Below, piece after piece: positions 28,616-39,302 of a stretch of 64,000 bases of DNA. A model generated the notes under the pieces. That model did no database searches. It was not told the origin of the DNA and saw only the letters and a list, made by a program, of their open reading frames with translations. The number at the start of each line of letters is the position of its first letter. Within the stretch, counting starts at the first letter, position 1. Made by a program: the position numbers and the translations under genes. This stretch comes from a virus, in IMG/VR virus record IMGVR_UViG_3300042923_000253, positions 5,455 through 69,454 of that record; one strand, written 5' to 3'.

Positions 28616-30096
28616 TATACTACCTCCACTATATTGAATTCTGACTCTGTTCTCCATATACTTATCTTCTTGTCAATATGGTCTTTAATATGAGGAGCAG
28701 TATCACGATATGTGATGAAGTAACATTCATCTTTATCATCGAAGATTCTCATTATACGACCCAATCTCTGTAATGCGGTAACCGATGATTTACCAGCACC
28801 AGCCTCAACTATACATTGTAATCTCGGTATATCAAGACCTACATCGGCAATAGTTGATGCAATCATAAGCTGTATCTTACCATTACGCATATCTTCTATT
28901 GATTGCCTACGCTTCTTCATACTAGATTTACCAGATATAAATACTGCTGGCATACCTAATGCTGTCATAGCCTCTTGTAGTGCATCACCATGCTTAATCT
29001 GTGTGACGAGTATCAAGGTGTTCATACCCTTCATATAATACTCCATAGCATCGTTGGCTACTTGCAGATTACGTGGAAGATTCTCAACGATATATCTCTT
29101 ATAGATCGCATTGTAATCGCCTTGCCCATTCGTTACTTGATAATTAGGCTTCTTGATTATTATGTTAGGTCTCACAAGATAACCATTACGTATTAATTCA
29201 CTAGCTGTGATGTCCACTATACGCTCACCAAAGGCACTTTCGATCATTAGATCCGATCCATCATCCCTCCATGGTGATGCGGAATAACCAAATGCATAAT
29301 TGGCATGTTCGAATAGGAAACGAACACCATATACCATCTGACTACTCACAATCTGTACTTCATCTATCATAACACATTGTACAGTTGTACGATACCCATG
29401 AAATTGTTTGAACTTATCATTATCTACTTCAATCTTCGCTTCGTCATTATCGCCATCTTCGTCATATTTATTAGATTCTATTTCTACACCACCAAGGATC
29501 GCAAGTGTCTGCATAGTGGCTACCGTTATATCTTGGTAATCTATAATGCCATCACCTATCTGACCTATCTTATTGCTCCCGAATATACTCTCAAATACCT
29601 TCTTGGTCTGATATAATAAGTCACGTGTATGTACTATAAATATCGTCTTCTTACGTAATGCTGATATCGTACGACCAGCTATTACTGTCTTACCTCCACC
29701 AGTTGCACACTTCACTATTCCATTTCCATTTATTATGGATTGTAATATTGCACTATGCTGGTAATCTCTCAATGGGTGAGATAATGTAGGCTGGCACTCG
29801 ATATATCCATAATCCACTATACGCTTATTGATGATGTTAACTCCTATTCCACTACTCTCAAACAACCTACGAACTCTCGGCAGTAGACCTATTGGGAATC
29901 TTCTAGTCTGGATATTAAATAACTTCCTATATCCATCCCATTCATAACCCTTACGTCTACTTCTGAATGCGTTCGCCTTAAAATCTGAACCCTCGACCTT
30001 GAACTGACATTCCTGTTGTACTATTGCCAGCTGGTCTATGGTTAATTTTGTTACCACCTTACAGTATACATTATTTACTTCAATATCAACCGTCAT
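28615..30096 (-). CDS. Superfamily 2 helicase (UvsW/XPB-like)
   Basis: LRDYQ, ATGGGKT, DEVQ, SASP.R.D, G.DIP, QR.GR..R. Confidence 0.92.
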   Translation of the reverse strand: MTVDIEVNNVYCKVVTKLTIDQLAIVQQECQFKVEGSDFKANAFRSRRKGYEWDGYRKLFNIQTRRFPIGLLPRVRRLFESSGIGVNIINKRIVDYGYIECQPTLSHPLRDYQHSAILQSIINGNGIVKCATGGGKTVIAGRTISALRKKTIFIVHTRDLLYQTKKVFESIFGSNKIGQIGDGIIDYQDITVATMQTLAILGGVEIESNKYDEDGDNDEAKIEVDNDKFKQFHGYRTTVQCVMIDEVQIVSSQMVYGVRFLFEHANYAFGYSASPWRDDGSDLMIESAFGERIVDITASELIRNGYLVRPNIIIKKPNYQVTNGQGDYNAIYKRYIVENLPRNLQVANDAMEYYMKGMNTLILVTQIKHGDALQEAMTALGMPAVFISGKSSMKKRRQSIEDMRNGKIQLMIASTIADVGLDIPRLQCIVEAGAGKSSVTALQRLGRIMRIFDDKDECYFITYRDTAPHIKDHIDKKISIWRTESEFNIVEVV

Positions 30097-30358
30097 TCAC
30101 TCTGCCCTCCAAATATTCATCAAATGATACTTCAAAATATCCTTCGATTATTATCCATGCGCACCCAGATTCTGGATGTATAAATGCTCCGAGTATCCTG
30201 CGACCATAGAATAATTCTCCGACTCTTAATACAATCTCAGCATAATCATTATTGAATGAGAATCCATCTAATTCGACAGTAAAGCTATCCACATCCATTA
30301 CACACTGGTCACAAAATTGATCTTCGAAATTATAATTGTCTAATACCCTTATTGTCAT
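30086..30358 (-). CDS. Hypothetical protein
   Basis: RBS; coupled. Confidence 0.5.
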   Translation of the reverse strand: MTIRVLDNYNFEDQFCDQCVMDVDSFTVELDGFSFNNDYAEIVLRVGELFYGRRILGAFIHPESGCAWIIIEGYFEVSFDEYLEGRVNDG

Positions 30359-30909
30359 ATTGTACTCCTCTCACCTTTCATTCTCCTTTCATTGATGGTC
30401 TTCTTGAAGAATTCTATTGTAAGCATATACCACAATTCGTCACCGAATTTCAACCGTACTAAACCGCAATCTGACTTCAAGTGCCTCAAATACGGAGCAT
30501 CTAACTCGACAATCAAGTTGACCGATTTCACTGATGCTTTCTTTATCTCAACCTCCGTATCGGCTCGCATCTCAAGCTTGTTAACTACATCACCGTCCAA
30601 TATAATATACTTGCTAACCCTACCAGCTGGCATCCAAGCTATACATGATAGATGATTTATTGCACTGGCTCTCTCTAGATTCTTGTCAAACCATTCATGA
30701 CGAAGTGTAATCCTATTATTCTCGTCTGGTGAAATATTCTTACATTCTACTAGCCATATGCTATCACGTACATCACCATAACCAAATCTTGCATTAGATC
30801 CACTATACGGTACTACATCCATGTCGAGGTAATCCGCTGTGCGCTTCTCAAATGCTCCACCACGCTTACGATTATTCTTATTTATCTTCTTCTGCTTATC
30901 ACTGGTCAT
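30355..30909 (-). CDS. Holliday junction resolvase-like PD-(D/E)xK nuclease
   Basis: N.KRG..FE, P.SG, GDV, VECK. Confidence 0.8.
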   Translation of the reverse strand: MTSDKQKKINKNNRKRGGAFEKRTADYLDMDVVPYSGSNARFGYGDVRDSIWLVECKNISPDENNRITLRHEWFDKNLERASAINHLSCIAWMPAGRVSKYIILDGDVVNKLEMRADTEVEIKKASVKSVNLIVELDAPYLRHLKSDCGLVRLKFGDELWYMLTIEFFKKTINERRMKGERSTI

Positions 30910-30969
30910 ATCCGATTTCTCCTTTATATTCATTTTTACAATCGTAGATAAACAGAACGGACAAATAAA

Positions 30970-31005
30970 TGAAAGGGCGGTCACCCTATGAGTTCCGCCC
31001 TTTCA
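30970..31005 (-). terminator. Intrinsic terminator-like hairpin
   Basis: TGAAAGGGCGG...CCGCCCTTTCA followed by TTTATTT on the minus strand. Confidence 0.7.
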
Positions 31006-31033
31006 GTATTATCGTATTTGTTATATTAGCCAG

Positions 31034-31264
31034 TTACCATATTACAACGTTGGTTTGGTATTTATAATCTATAAAACGCTGTAAATATTTGATAACTGGC
31101 TTACTAGGCACTGGGTGTAAATACTCAACATGTATACCCTCATTATGTCTACATGTGGGTTTCAGTATCTTGTATATTTTGTATATCAACCACTCGATCG
31201 TCAACCGTATATCGAGTGAGATAAACCCAATGCCAAATATCGTATCATAAGTGAATATGAGCAT
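31034..31264 (-). CDS. Hypothetical membrane-associated protein
   Basis: AAGGAG RBS; hydrophobic N-terminus. Confidence 0.4.
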   Translation of the reverse strand: MLIFTYDTIFGIGFISLDIRLTIEWLIYKIYKILKPTCRHNEGIHVEYLHPVPSKPVIKYLQRFIDYKYQTNVVIW

Positions 31265-31289
31265 TTGGCACTACTCCTTATCTGCTGTA

Positions 31290-32441
31290 TTATGCCTCAC
31301 ATATTACTAACAGTTTATCGAGTTCTGCATCAGTGAGATCAACAATATTGGTCTTACCACCAGATGCCTCTTTCATCGTGTTTATAATTACTTGGAAGCC
31401 ACCCTTAGTGAACTTTTCTTTCGTGGAGAAGATACTATTAAGTTTATTAATCTTATCTTGTCTGCCAGAAGAGATTGGCTCTGCCTTTGTCTGTGTAGGT
31501 GTTGTTACACCAGCATTAGGTGTCTGCATCTGAATACCAGCCGATGGATTAGCAGTATTTGATGGAACCGTAGTACTAACATTAGTCGGAGCACTCATTC
31601 CAGCAGTAACTCCAGCAATTGCGATTCCACCGAGGTTTGCAAGGATAACTTGTGCGGCAGCCTTTTCAGGACTTACCCTATCTGACTTCATACCCAAGAA
31701 GTAGATCATACCACGGTTACTCTTGTCAGCTTCCCACATATCCTTAAACTTCTGGTCTTTACATTTACCATTAGGCATTACATGCTCAAGTGCCTCAGCC
31801 AATGTAGGGAACTGTAATGATGGAAGAATTAAGAGTTTATCCCAGATTGCTCCAGCACCCTCTACAATATCTTTCATCTCTTCAACGTCATGTGGAGCAT
31901 AATCTGCTTCAAGATTATATAAGACAGCAGTATCTGGTAATACGAACGGTACAATTGCACCATTTACCATTGTCGGTCCCATATTGGTTGTTGTATATTC
32001 TGTGTCATTCCTACCCTCGCCAGATTTCATAACAACCCAATCAACTGATGTGATATCAACACCCATCTTGCGTAATGTTGCTATTGGTTTGAATACACTA
32101 TCACCAGCATTCAACTTCTGTACTGCATTAAGATCATAATCCCATACATTAATTGCATGTCTGGTACGTCTACGTACTTGCTGACCATCGCATAATGGAC
32201 AATTAGCATGTGGATTCTTCGTTGTCTGTGGACATCTGATAGTACGGAATGTCTTCACAACCTGTCCATTCTCGATCTTCTCTACCTCAAGGCAATGCTC
32301 AAGATATGAGTATGGCTGATCATTGTTCTCTCCAAATAAGATCCTAAATCTCTTTGGTTTGTCGGTTTCGAAAATAACCTCATTTCCGCCACCACCGCCT
32401 GGTATAATTCTTTCATTTCCTAAAACGTTATCCCAACTCAT
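31290..32441 (-). CDS. Single-stranded DNA-binding protein (T4 gp32-like)
   Basis: RFRIL, H...C.....CPLC, INV.D, K.G.G..T.Y. AAGGAG RBS favours the start at 32441. Confidence 0.7.
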   Translation of the reverse strand: MSWDNVLGNERIIPGGGGGNEVIFETDKPKRFRILFGENNDQPYSYLEHCLEVEKIENGQVVKTFRTIRCPQTTKNPHANCPLCDGQQVRRRTRHAINVWDYDLNAVQKLNAGDSVFKPIATLRKMGVDITSVDWVVMKSGEGRNDTEYTTTNMGPTMVNGAIVPFVLPDTAVLYNLEADYAPHDVEEMKDIVEGAGAIWDKLLILPSLQFPTLAEALEHVMPNGKCKDQKFKDMWEADKSNRGMIYFLGMKSDRVSPEKAAAQVILANLGGIAIAGVTAGMSAPTNVSTTVPSNTANPSAGIQMQTPNAGVTTPTQTKAEPISSGRQDKINKLNSIFSTKEKFTKGGFQVIINTMKEASGGKTNIVDLTDAELDKLLVICEA

Positions 32442-32544
32442 AGTAAATCTCCTTTCGTCTCTCAACGTCATCATTAGTAACGCTTTCTGCGTTCTACATC
32501 CTCTATTGTGTCTTGCATTGTAATCAGTAAGTATCATGAATGCC

Positions 32545-33042
32545 TTATTTTATTATAATGCCCTCGTCCTCACACTCTACGAAACCAGTATTGGATATTG
32601 ACGTATTATACTTAACCCATAGACCGTACATGTCTTTCTTCATCTTCTTACCATTCTTATCTATGGCTGGGTATAGTACGATGCTTGATATTTCTTTCAT
32701 ATCTTTCATCTTCTCGGCTTTACTCTTTGCGATGAAATCTCCATAATTACCGCAGAACCTATAACCTCTCTTATATCTTTTCTTGATGATATCTAGATCG
32801 TAGCATGATGATGTCTGTTGTGATATCCTATACGCTATATCATCTTCCTTGAGATATGTTGCACCATTGTGCATCTCTGAGAAAACCTCATACATCCAGC
32901 ATGGACTATTCTCTTTCTGGTATACCATATTAATCTTAATCCTGTTCGGCATATGCTCACCGAATTTGTGCCCAAGGTCAATTACTGACCCTGGGTTATA
33001 TAATGGTGTTGTAACTATTCCCATCTCTTCTCCTCCGTTCAT
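32545..33042 (-). CDS. Hypothetical protein
   Basis: Co-oriented ORF with RBS, downstream of thyX. Confidence 0.55.
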   Translation of the reverse strand: MNGGEEMGIVTTPLYNPGSVIDLGHKFGEHMPNRIKINMVYQKENSPCWMYEVFSEMHNGATYLKEDDIAYRISQQTSSCYDLDIIKKRYKRGYRFCGNYGDFIAKSKAEKMKDMKEISSIVLYPAIDKNGKKMKKDMYGLWVKYNTSISNTGFVECEDEGIIIK

Positions 33043-33050
33043 AAATCATC

Positions 33051-33743
33051 CTATACCTCTGGCAGTTCGATGTCATCAAACACAACTGGAATACGTGACT
33101 TGAAATCACCGAGTAATGGTATTGTGACTTCACGCATCTGAGGATGCACTGACATTGGTGTACGTAATCTAAAGAAGTTTCTCCAATTACGGAAATCCAT
33201 TGTAATGGCTATATCTGTCTTCAAACTATTGGGCAGTACTGATCTAGCCTCTTGTGCACTCCATCCCATATCCAACAATCTTAGATACGATGCTTCTGCT
33301 GATCCCATCTGCTGTAACCACTCCAACTCTGTATTCTTGAATACTGATACATCTTTCACCTTGTGTTGCAATAATTCTTCGTAATAGCTTGGTACGTATT
33401 CAAACCAACTTGGTACAATAACTGAAATTTCACTACCAAATTTGTCGTTTGAGTAATTACAATATCTAGTACTCTCTTGTGCGAAACTTGCGATCCGATG
33501 TCTCACTAATTCATGAGAAACACCACGATCCACGGTAAACTTGACTGATATCATTGAGTACTCGATCATTGCCTCGTGACCTCTATTGATAAGCATCTTT
33601 ACAAAGGCTTTGGCACTCTCGCCATCATCTGTGATCTTATCCTCTGACTTATAGCACACTCTACCAATCTTCTCGATGTGCTGTAACATTTTGATACCAT
33701 CAATCTCTGTTAGGATTTCATAACTCGGTTTCATTATTTTCAT
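33051..33743 (-). CDS. thyX: Flavin-dependent thymidylate synthase
   Basis: GH...E, R..SHELVRHR.ASFAQESTRY, AR.VLP, LR....HPQ.R. Confidence 0.95.
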   Translation of the reverse strand: MKIMKPSYEILTEIDGIKMLQHIEKIGRVCYKSEDKITDDGESAKAFVKMLINRGHEAMIEYSMISVKFTVDRGVSHELVRHRIASFAQESTRYCNYSNDKFGSEISVIVPSWFEYVPSYYEELLQHKVKDVSVFKNTELEWLQQMGSAEASYLRLLDMGWSAQEARSVLPNSLKTDIAITMDFRNWRNFFRLRTPMSVHPQMREVTIPLLGDFKSRIPVVFDDIELPEV

Positions 33744-33754
33744 ATGTTGCCTCC

Positions 33755-34912
33755 TTATCTTCTGATATCAACGATATCGCAATCACGAGCACCTGTGCCA
33801 ATTAGAGTTACTGGAACACCTGTTACTTCTTCGATCCTAGCAATAGCATCCTTTACTCTCTGTGGCAATTCATTGTATGATGTGGCATTGAGTGCACCCC
33901 AATCAATATATTGTGCGAAGTTTAGTGCGATCTGGGTAGGTCTATTCAGCTTGGTTACATACTTGAGTCTATCCCAATTCATTTCGAACACTCTACGTGT
34001 CTTCTTGGTAACAGTAGTCTTCTCAGCCAGATCTACATCAGATGGTGCTCCACATCTTTCCTTTACGATTTCCCATGATATTTCTGGTGCTCCATCATAT
34101 CCGCCAGAAGATGTACTGAAGCCTAGATTAGTCTCATTGCTGATACGGATTGGATATGGTCTCATTATCATGATGATATCACCCACTAATCTTGGTGATA
34201 TACCACAATCAGCAACTAACTGCCCAGCATGGCATTGTCTACTAGTGGTATGAGGGTAATCGAGTCCATAATTGATATCTAGGTCGCAACCCTGTGAGCC
34301 TTCGACTATTACACTATGACCGTGGTCTATGGCATCATTCACATAATGCATAGTATCCATCACTACAATGTGATCTTTGATAAACTCAATCTTATCATCA
34401 TCGTAATGACACATTTCCATATTGAATGCCCTTACTAGATCATCTTTCCAGAATTCTCCGAATAACACCGCTTGTCTCATAACTTTATCGGCTTGAGCCG
34501 CACCACATCCCTTGAATGTGGAGCCACTGCGTAATAATTGCTGTTCGGTATATTGATGTTTATCGGTAATTACTACAGCTCTTGGATTAATAATTATCTT
34601 GCGATCACTAATGATATCCTTGTAGTTCCATATCTCATCAAATAGGATAGATGGTGTGATAGCAGATCCTGGACCAATTACTAGTGCTGTATCACGGTTG
34701 ACAATAGATGTCGGTAGGTGCTGTGTCATTACCTTATCGCCATCATTATTTACCCATGTATGCCCAGCATTCGACATAAAATTATTGATAGCTACCTCAA
34801 CATTATCCTTCTTCGCTAGGTAGCCAATGAATTTACCCTTACCACAGGAACCAGCCTGTGAGTCCAATACTACTGTTACATTTCCCTTATTAACCTCTCG
34901 TGCATTAATCAT
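33755..34912 (-). CDS. purZ: N6-succino-2-amino-dAMP synthetase (PurZ-type adenylosuccinate synthetase paralog)
   Basis: D.Q.GSCGKG (Ser where PurA has Asp in GDEGKG), NAGHT, EG.QG..L, YP..TSR.C, R.YPIR, E.TTVTKK.RRVF, LNFAQY (PurA TKLD). Start 34912 by RBS. Confidence 0.85.
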   Translation of the reverse strand: MINAREVNKGNVTVVLDSQAGSCGKGKFIGYLAKKDNVEVAINNFMSNAGHTWVNNDGDKVMTQHLPTSIVNRDTALVIGPGSAITPSILFDEIWNYKDIISDRKIIINPRAVVITDKHQYTEQQLLRSGSTFKGCGAAQADKVMRQAVLFGEFWKDDLVRAFNMEMCHYDDDKIEFIKDHIVVMDTMHYVNDAIDHGHSVIVEGSQGCDLDINYGLDYPHTTSRQCHAGQLVADCGISPRLVGDIIMIMRPYPIRISNETNLGFSTSSGGYDGAPEISWEIVKERCGAPSDVDLAEKTTVTKKTRRVFEMNWDRLKYVTKLNRPTQIALNFAQYIDWGALNATSYNELPQRVKDAIARIEEVTGVPVTLIGTGARDCDIVDIRR

Positions 34913-34956
34913 GTTGTAACTTCCTTTCATATGTTTTATCTTCCGTGGTTTATATA

Positions 34957-35718
34957 TCATAGACCATGCTCTTCCATTAATTGTTCTTCTCTGAATATTA
35001 TATCATTATTGTAATAATATCCATATCCGTGGTTCCTGATATAATCGATCATGTTATCTCTACCCTTGTTATAGCTACCTAGAATTGCCATATCAAGTTT
35101 GTCACCTGTCAAACCTCTATCTGTCCAATATTCCTCCTCATAATTGTGAAAAAATATTAACCAATCAATGGCATCATATGGGTCGTATGGATCAATATCT
35201 TTATCCATCAGATCGGAGAAATAATTTAGATATCTACTGTTAATCTGTGCCAGTCCCATATCCCTAGTGCCATTTTTATTATGACCGCATGCTGTCTTAT
35301 CATAGGTACTCTCTTCACAAATCTGTGCCATCACTAGATAGAAATCTACATCATTCTTTTCACATTCCTCCCATAAATACTTCTGTAGTTCGTCATCGAA
35401 TTCTAAATACCCATTCTTCAGTTCATCATAATATTTGTTTATTGGTTCGAACTCCTGTTCAGATTCCTGTTCTTGTTCCTGTTCTATTATTATATTCTCT
35501 TGGTGTATTGTTATAATAGTTGGTGCATAATTTTCATGATCATATGTCTCGTCTGTGATAGTCTCAATGGTTTCAACGCTTATTGATGAAATACTGACAT
35601 CCGCTGATACAGAAATGGGTGGATTCGCATCCACCCTACTGTATCCTATCATAGAACTCAATAACAATATCGTCAGCGGTGCTAGGTATGACATCAATGC
35701 TAATTTCTTCTTTAGCAT
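34957..35718 (-). CDS. Lytic transglycosylase (SLT) with N-terminal signal/anchor
   Basis: ES.Y, D.GL.QIN, YN.G motifs; hydrophobic N-terminus and acidic linker. Confidence 0.85.
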   Translation of the reverse strand: MLKKKLALMSYLAPLTILLLSSMIGYSRVDANPPISVSADVSISSISVETIETITDETYDHENYAPTIITIHQENIIIEQEQEQESEQEFEPINKYYDELKNGYLEFDDELQKYLWEECEKNDVDFYLVMAQICEESTYDKTACGHNKNGTRDMGLAQINSRYLNYFSDLMDKDIDPYDPYDAIDWLIFFHNYEEEYWTDRGLTGDKLDMAILGSYNKGRDNMIDYIRNHGYGYYYNNDIIFREEQLMEEHGL

Positions 35719-35728
35719 TAGTCTCCTC

Positions 35729-37315
35729 CTAACTTTTCCTCTTAACTACGTATGGTGTTGCATAGTTCACATCCATGCAACTTCCCATTTGTTGTTTAAG
35801 ATCTGGGAACATATTTAATTTTCTGTCTAACTTCTGCTTATTGATCGATATGCAATCATCCAATATATTCAGTCTATTATTGACTAATAGTACATTACGT
35901 ACATTGTTATAATTGTATGATTCCATAGCATTTGAATATAAACTCAATTTCTTGCCACCAATCACTAATTCCTGACCACACTTTGAAGCCTCCTCAACTG
36001 CTGTCTTTAGAATGATTTGACAATCATCCTTTCTAGTCTTGGCTATCTTCTCATATGTTGCCATTAGTTCCTTTTGTCTATCTATCTCTCTCAAGTCGGT
36101 TCTCTCTGGCATCATTATTGGGTCGATCATAGTTGATGCATTTTCTAGGAAGTTACGATACGTCTTGCACTTAAATCTGCATTTACGATATCCGCAATAT
36201 GGGTTTAATGTCTCTTCCCAAGTATTATCATTTGATATTTGCTTCCAAATGTTAGCAACGTATTCTTCGGCTGACAATAGCTCGTCCATACTCCATTCTG
36301 GACATTGTTGCCATTTGTGGTAGAACATTTCATATCCAGATATCCATCTATCGATCTGTGGTGCAAGGTGTCTGCGTAATATCAGCTGATAGATCCTTAG
36401 CTGGATACTACTATGTAGGTCGGCTGTGGTGAATGGCATACGATTGGTCTTATAATCCTTTAATAAACCGATGTTCGGCATATCTCTAAATACACCAGCG
36501 TAGTCCATGATTAGACCGAATGTAGTACCACCAAACTCACCTCTCCATTCGGTCTCTATGAATAATGGATCATCTGGTCTTGTATTAACTGGATTACGTG
36601 CAAAATAACTAAGTACAAGTTGTTTGCCCTCATCATATGCATCAAATCCAGTTAACTGATTTCTCTGCCATACATCTTTATATATACCTATCGGATCAAC
36701 TATTATTCCACTGTCACGGTAATATTTGAATGCTAATTCAACTACCTCATGCAAGATCGATCCAAATTTAGTGTAATAATTACTACCATCTTCATCGGCT
36801 GTATCATCACTCAAATACTGATCGAAGAAACACGCTGGGCATTGCTCATATGCTCCCATCTTTGATACCGATAGATAATCCAGCTTATTCTCTCTAGCTT
36901 TCCATAACACTGGTATTCTCTCAATGATGGCGCCAGATGCAATATCGATTATCTGTGCTTCCATTTCGGAACGATTACGGAAGATCTCAAGCTTGATATC
37001 TTCTGTCCTCAGCGCCCTCTGATTTACCACTATTGTATTAATACAGTTATCGCATGGTTTGTTGTTCAGTAATGATTGTACTACATCTGGATTATATAAG
37101 TTGTGTGATACTACTGGGATGGAACCGCATACCATTGCTGGTTCTGTGGTCTTATGTACCGCATTTGATCCATTATTTACCGTTTTTAATACGATGTCGG
37201 TACGGATAGGTGATGGTGGTGTCTTCACCGCACCCACCATTGTTATACCATCTCCACTCTCTGTACACTCATAACATCTCTTGTGTATATCACAGTTTTG
37301 TGAACATTCTTTCAT
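35729..37315 (-). CDS. PD-(D/E)xK exonuclease (RecB/AddB/Cas4-like)
   Basis: LS.S....YEQCP, FG..LH...E, E, G..D, DYKT, QL..Y, C....C...C. Confidence 0.85.
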   Translation of the reverse strand: MKECSQNCDIHKRCYECTESGDGITMVGAVKTPPSPIRTDIVLKTVNNGSNAVHKTTEPAMVCGSIPVVSHNLYNPDVVQSLLNNKPCDNCINTIVVNQRALRTEDIKLEIFRNRSEMEAQIIDIASGAIIERIPVLWKARENKLDYLSVSKMGAYEQCPACFFDQYLSDDTADEDGSNYYTKFGSILHEVVELAFKYYRDSGIIVDPIGIYKDVWQRNQLTGFDAYDEGKQLVLSYFARNPVNTRPDDPLFIETEWRGEFGGTTFGLIMDYAGVFRDMPNIGLLKDYKTNRMPFTTADLHSSIQLRIYQLILRRHLAPQIDRWISGYEMFYHKWQQCPEWSMDELLSAEEYVANIWKQISNDNTWEETLNPYCGYRKCRFKCKTYRNFLENASTMIDPIMMPERTDLREIDRQKELMATYEKIAKTRKDDCQIILKTAVEEASKCGQELVIGGKKLSLYSNAMESYNYNNVRNVLLVNNRLNILDDCISINKQKLDRKLNMFPDLKQQMGSCMDVNYATPYVVKRKS

Positions 37316-37321
37316 TTGTTG

Positions 37322-38287
37322 TTATTCCTCCTTAAGTAAATTTTCTAGCTTATCAGCTAACTCCTTTGCAAGCGTATCGGATATTGTTATATTCCTTGTG
37401 CCCTCTGGATCATCAACATCAGATCCAGTTCTTGGCGCACTTCTAAGTACATTAGCCAATTCACTGATTGTATGAACCCACTTGTCCTCCTCTGGGATTG
37501 TGAACCCTGTCACTACTGGTTTATCATTATTCCAGCGGTATGGAGGGAACTGTGTGTTGTCTAATTTTATATTGTTCTCTCGTAGTTTTTCACTAAGTAG
37601 TATGACAGAATTAGCTAATCTACTATGATCTTTGCTACTCATACCTAATTCTTCTATCTGTACTCCAGTATAATCGAAGCGTAATCCTGGGTTGAATTGT
37701 TTTAACAGATGATTACATTGCTCTGATATTGTCATTGTGAGATAGCACTCGGTGCACTGATATGTAATTATAAGACCAAATTGGCTCCAGTCTATTACCG
37801 ATAGTGGTTTCATATATTCATGACCACATGCTGGGCATTTTACCTCACGGAGTCTTCTATTTGATATTACCGCTTGATTCACCTCATACTCCTCTACTGG
37901 CGGTATCTTCGACCTATCAAGCTTCGACAAGTCCACTGTCAATTTTGGTATTTGACCACTAGTATTAGTATCAATACCTTTGCATTCATCACACAATACT
38001 TTCTTATCTGACATGAATTTAGATACTGTCGCCATCTTACCACATTGGATACATGGTCTGTCTTTTGTTGCACCATCATTACCATTAGTCTCCACCTTAA
38101 CACGTTCCTTGGGTGGATTCTTACCTAATGCCTGTTGCACTATTTCGTTATTAATCGGAATATTATTAGCCTTACAATCGTCACATTTACATGTCTTCTG
38201 TGATGCGAATTTTGTAAGCATTATTGTCTTGCCGCATCCAGTACAGATGAACTCTTTAGTATCTGTATATCCCTTGTTATCAGCCAT
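37322..38287 (-). CDS. Multi-zinc-ribbon hypothetical protein
   Basis: Six CxxC pairs, with two similar C..CGK....(T/S)KF.S.K...CD.CK units. Confidence 0.65.
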   Translation of the reverse strand: MADNKGYTDTKEFICTGCGKTIMLTKFASQKTCKCDDCKANNIPINNEIVQQALGKNPPKERVKVETNGNDGATKDRPCIQCGKMATVSKFMSDKKVLCDECKGIDTNTSGQIPKLTVDLSKLDRSKIPPVEEYEVNQAVISNRRLREVKCPACGHEYMKPLSVIDWSQFGLIITYQCTECYLTMTISEQCNHLLKQFNPGLRFDYTGVQIEELGMSSKDHSRLANSVILLSEKLRENNIKLDNTQFPPYRWNNDKPVVTGFTIPEEDKWVHTISELANVLRSAPRTGSDVDDPEGTRNITISDTLAKELADKLENLLKEE

Positions 38288-38471
38288 TGTTATTACCCTC
38301 CCTCTTTAGTACCTCACCACATTTAGCACATGAGATATTCATCTCAACATCATAATATGTCTTTCCGTAACCGAGATTACCTCTCTTCTGCTTCGAATGC
38401 GCCGATATGTTTACCTCTGTAGATCCACATTTGCATTTCAGTGTACTTGCATCAACCCTTATTGATCTCAT
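38280..38471 (-). CDS. Small zinc-ribbon protein
   Basis: CKCG...CAKCG. Confidence 0.5.
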   Translation of the reverse strand: MRSIRVDASTLKCKCGSTEVNISAHSKQKRGNLGYGKTYYDVEMNISCAKCGEVLKREGNNNG

Positions 38472-38773
38472 TTCATGACCTCCTTACATCCATTACAATA
38501 TATTGGTAATGTACACTTTACTTTCTTCTCTCCATTTATATCGACCACACTGATATCAATGATAACTGTAAACTCCCTACCACATCTATTACATTTTGCT
38601 GTACTGGTAAATTTGTCACCATGGAGGCTGATATCAAATCCGAACATACGTGATTCTCTTATAAATTCTTCGATTATAACGTCTTCCTCGGTTAAATCAT
38701 AATCATCATAATGGAGATCCGTTCCCATCTCCTCTGCTATGACTTCTATTAAATGCTCTGGATATTGTCCCAT
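38468..38773 (-). CDS. Zinc-ribbon hypothetical protein
   Basis: CNRCG...CNGC; AGGAGG RBS. Confidence 0.55.
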   Translation of the reverse strand: MGQYPEHLIEVIAEEMGTDLHYDDYDLTEEDVIIEEFIRESRMFGFDISLHGDKFTSTAKCNRCGREFTVIIDISVVDINGEKKVKCTLPIYCNGCKEVMK

Positions 38774-38916
38774 TATCTCCTCCTAAAATCTGCTGGTACA
38801 TTTACCACGCTGATTATATTTACAATATGTATTCTTGCACTTCTTACCTAATTTCGCACAAGGTTTACTTGGCTTTAATATCTTCTTGAGGTTATATCTA
38901 TCATCACTATACATGT

Positions 38917-39294
38917 TTATATTCCTTTCTCATACCTAGGTATGCTTAGTGAAAAATCTTTGCCAACATATCTTACACGTGGGTTATTATATCTTAAATT
39001 ACCGCATTTTATCTTAGCCTGTGTCCAATCTTCATACCCTCTTGCATTACCTAGGTATTTCGTCCAGTAATGACCACGAAATAGTGTTGATATTGTCTGA
39101 TCCTGTAAATATAATAGTCCTTCATCATTGGCACTATCACACACTATTACATATTTGCCTACCAGATTCCTACGTCTCCTGTTCCTAGCTATATCCAATT
39201 CATAGTCTTCATCGAAATCCATCATCGCCAGATCTCCGCCAATATCACTCGCTCTTTCCCATTCGTCTCCGTTATCTACCTGTCTATAATCCAT
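38917..39294 (-). CDS. Hypothetical protein
   Basis: AGGAGG RBS. Confidence 0.55.
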   Translation of the reverse strand: MDYRQVDNGDEWERASDIGGDLAMMDFDEDYELDIARNRRRRNLVGKYVIVCDSANDEGLLYLQDQTISTLFRGHYWTKYLGNARGYEDWTQAKIKCGNLRYNNPRVRYVGKDFSLSIPRYEKGI

Positions 39295-39302
39295 GCGTCC
39301 TC

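Noticed and set aside
33755-34960. Annotation as ordinary PurA
   Set aside because: The catalytic Asp of GDEGKG is Ser and the GTP-specific TKLD is NFAQ; the motifs match PurZ.
35729-37315. Cas4 as part of a CRISPR system
   Set aside because: Stand-alone PD-(D/E)xK exonuclease in the replication arm, with no other cas genes or array.
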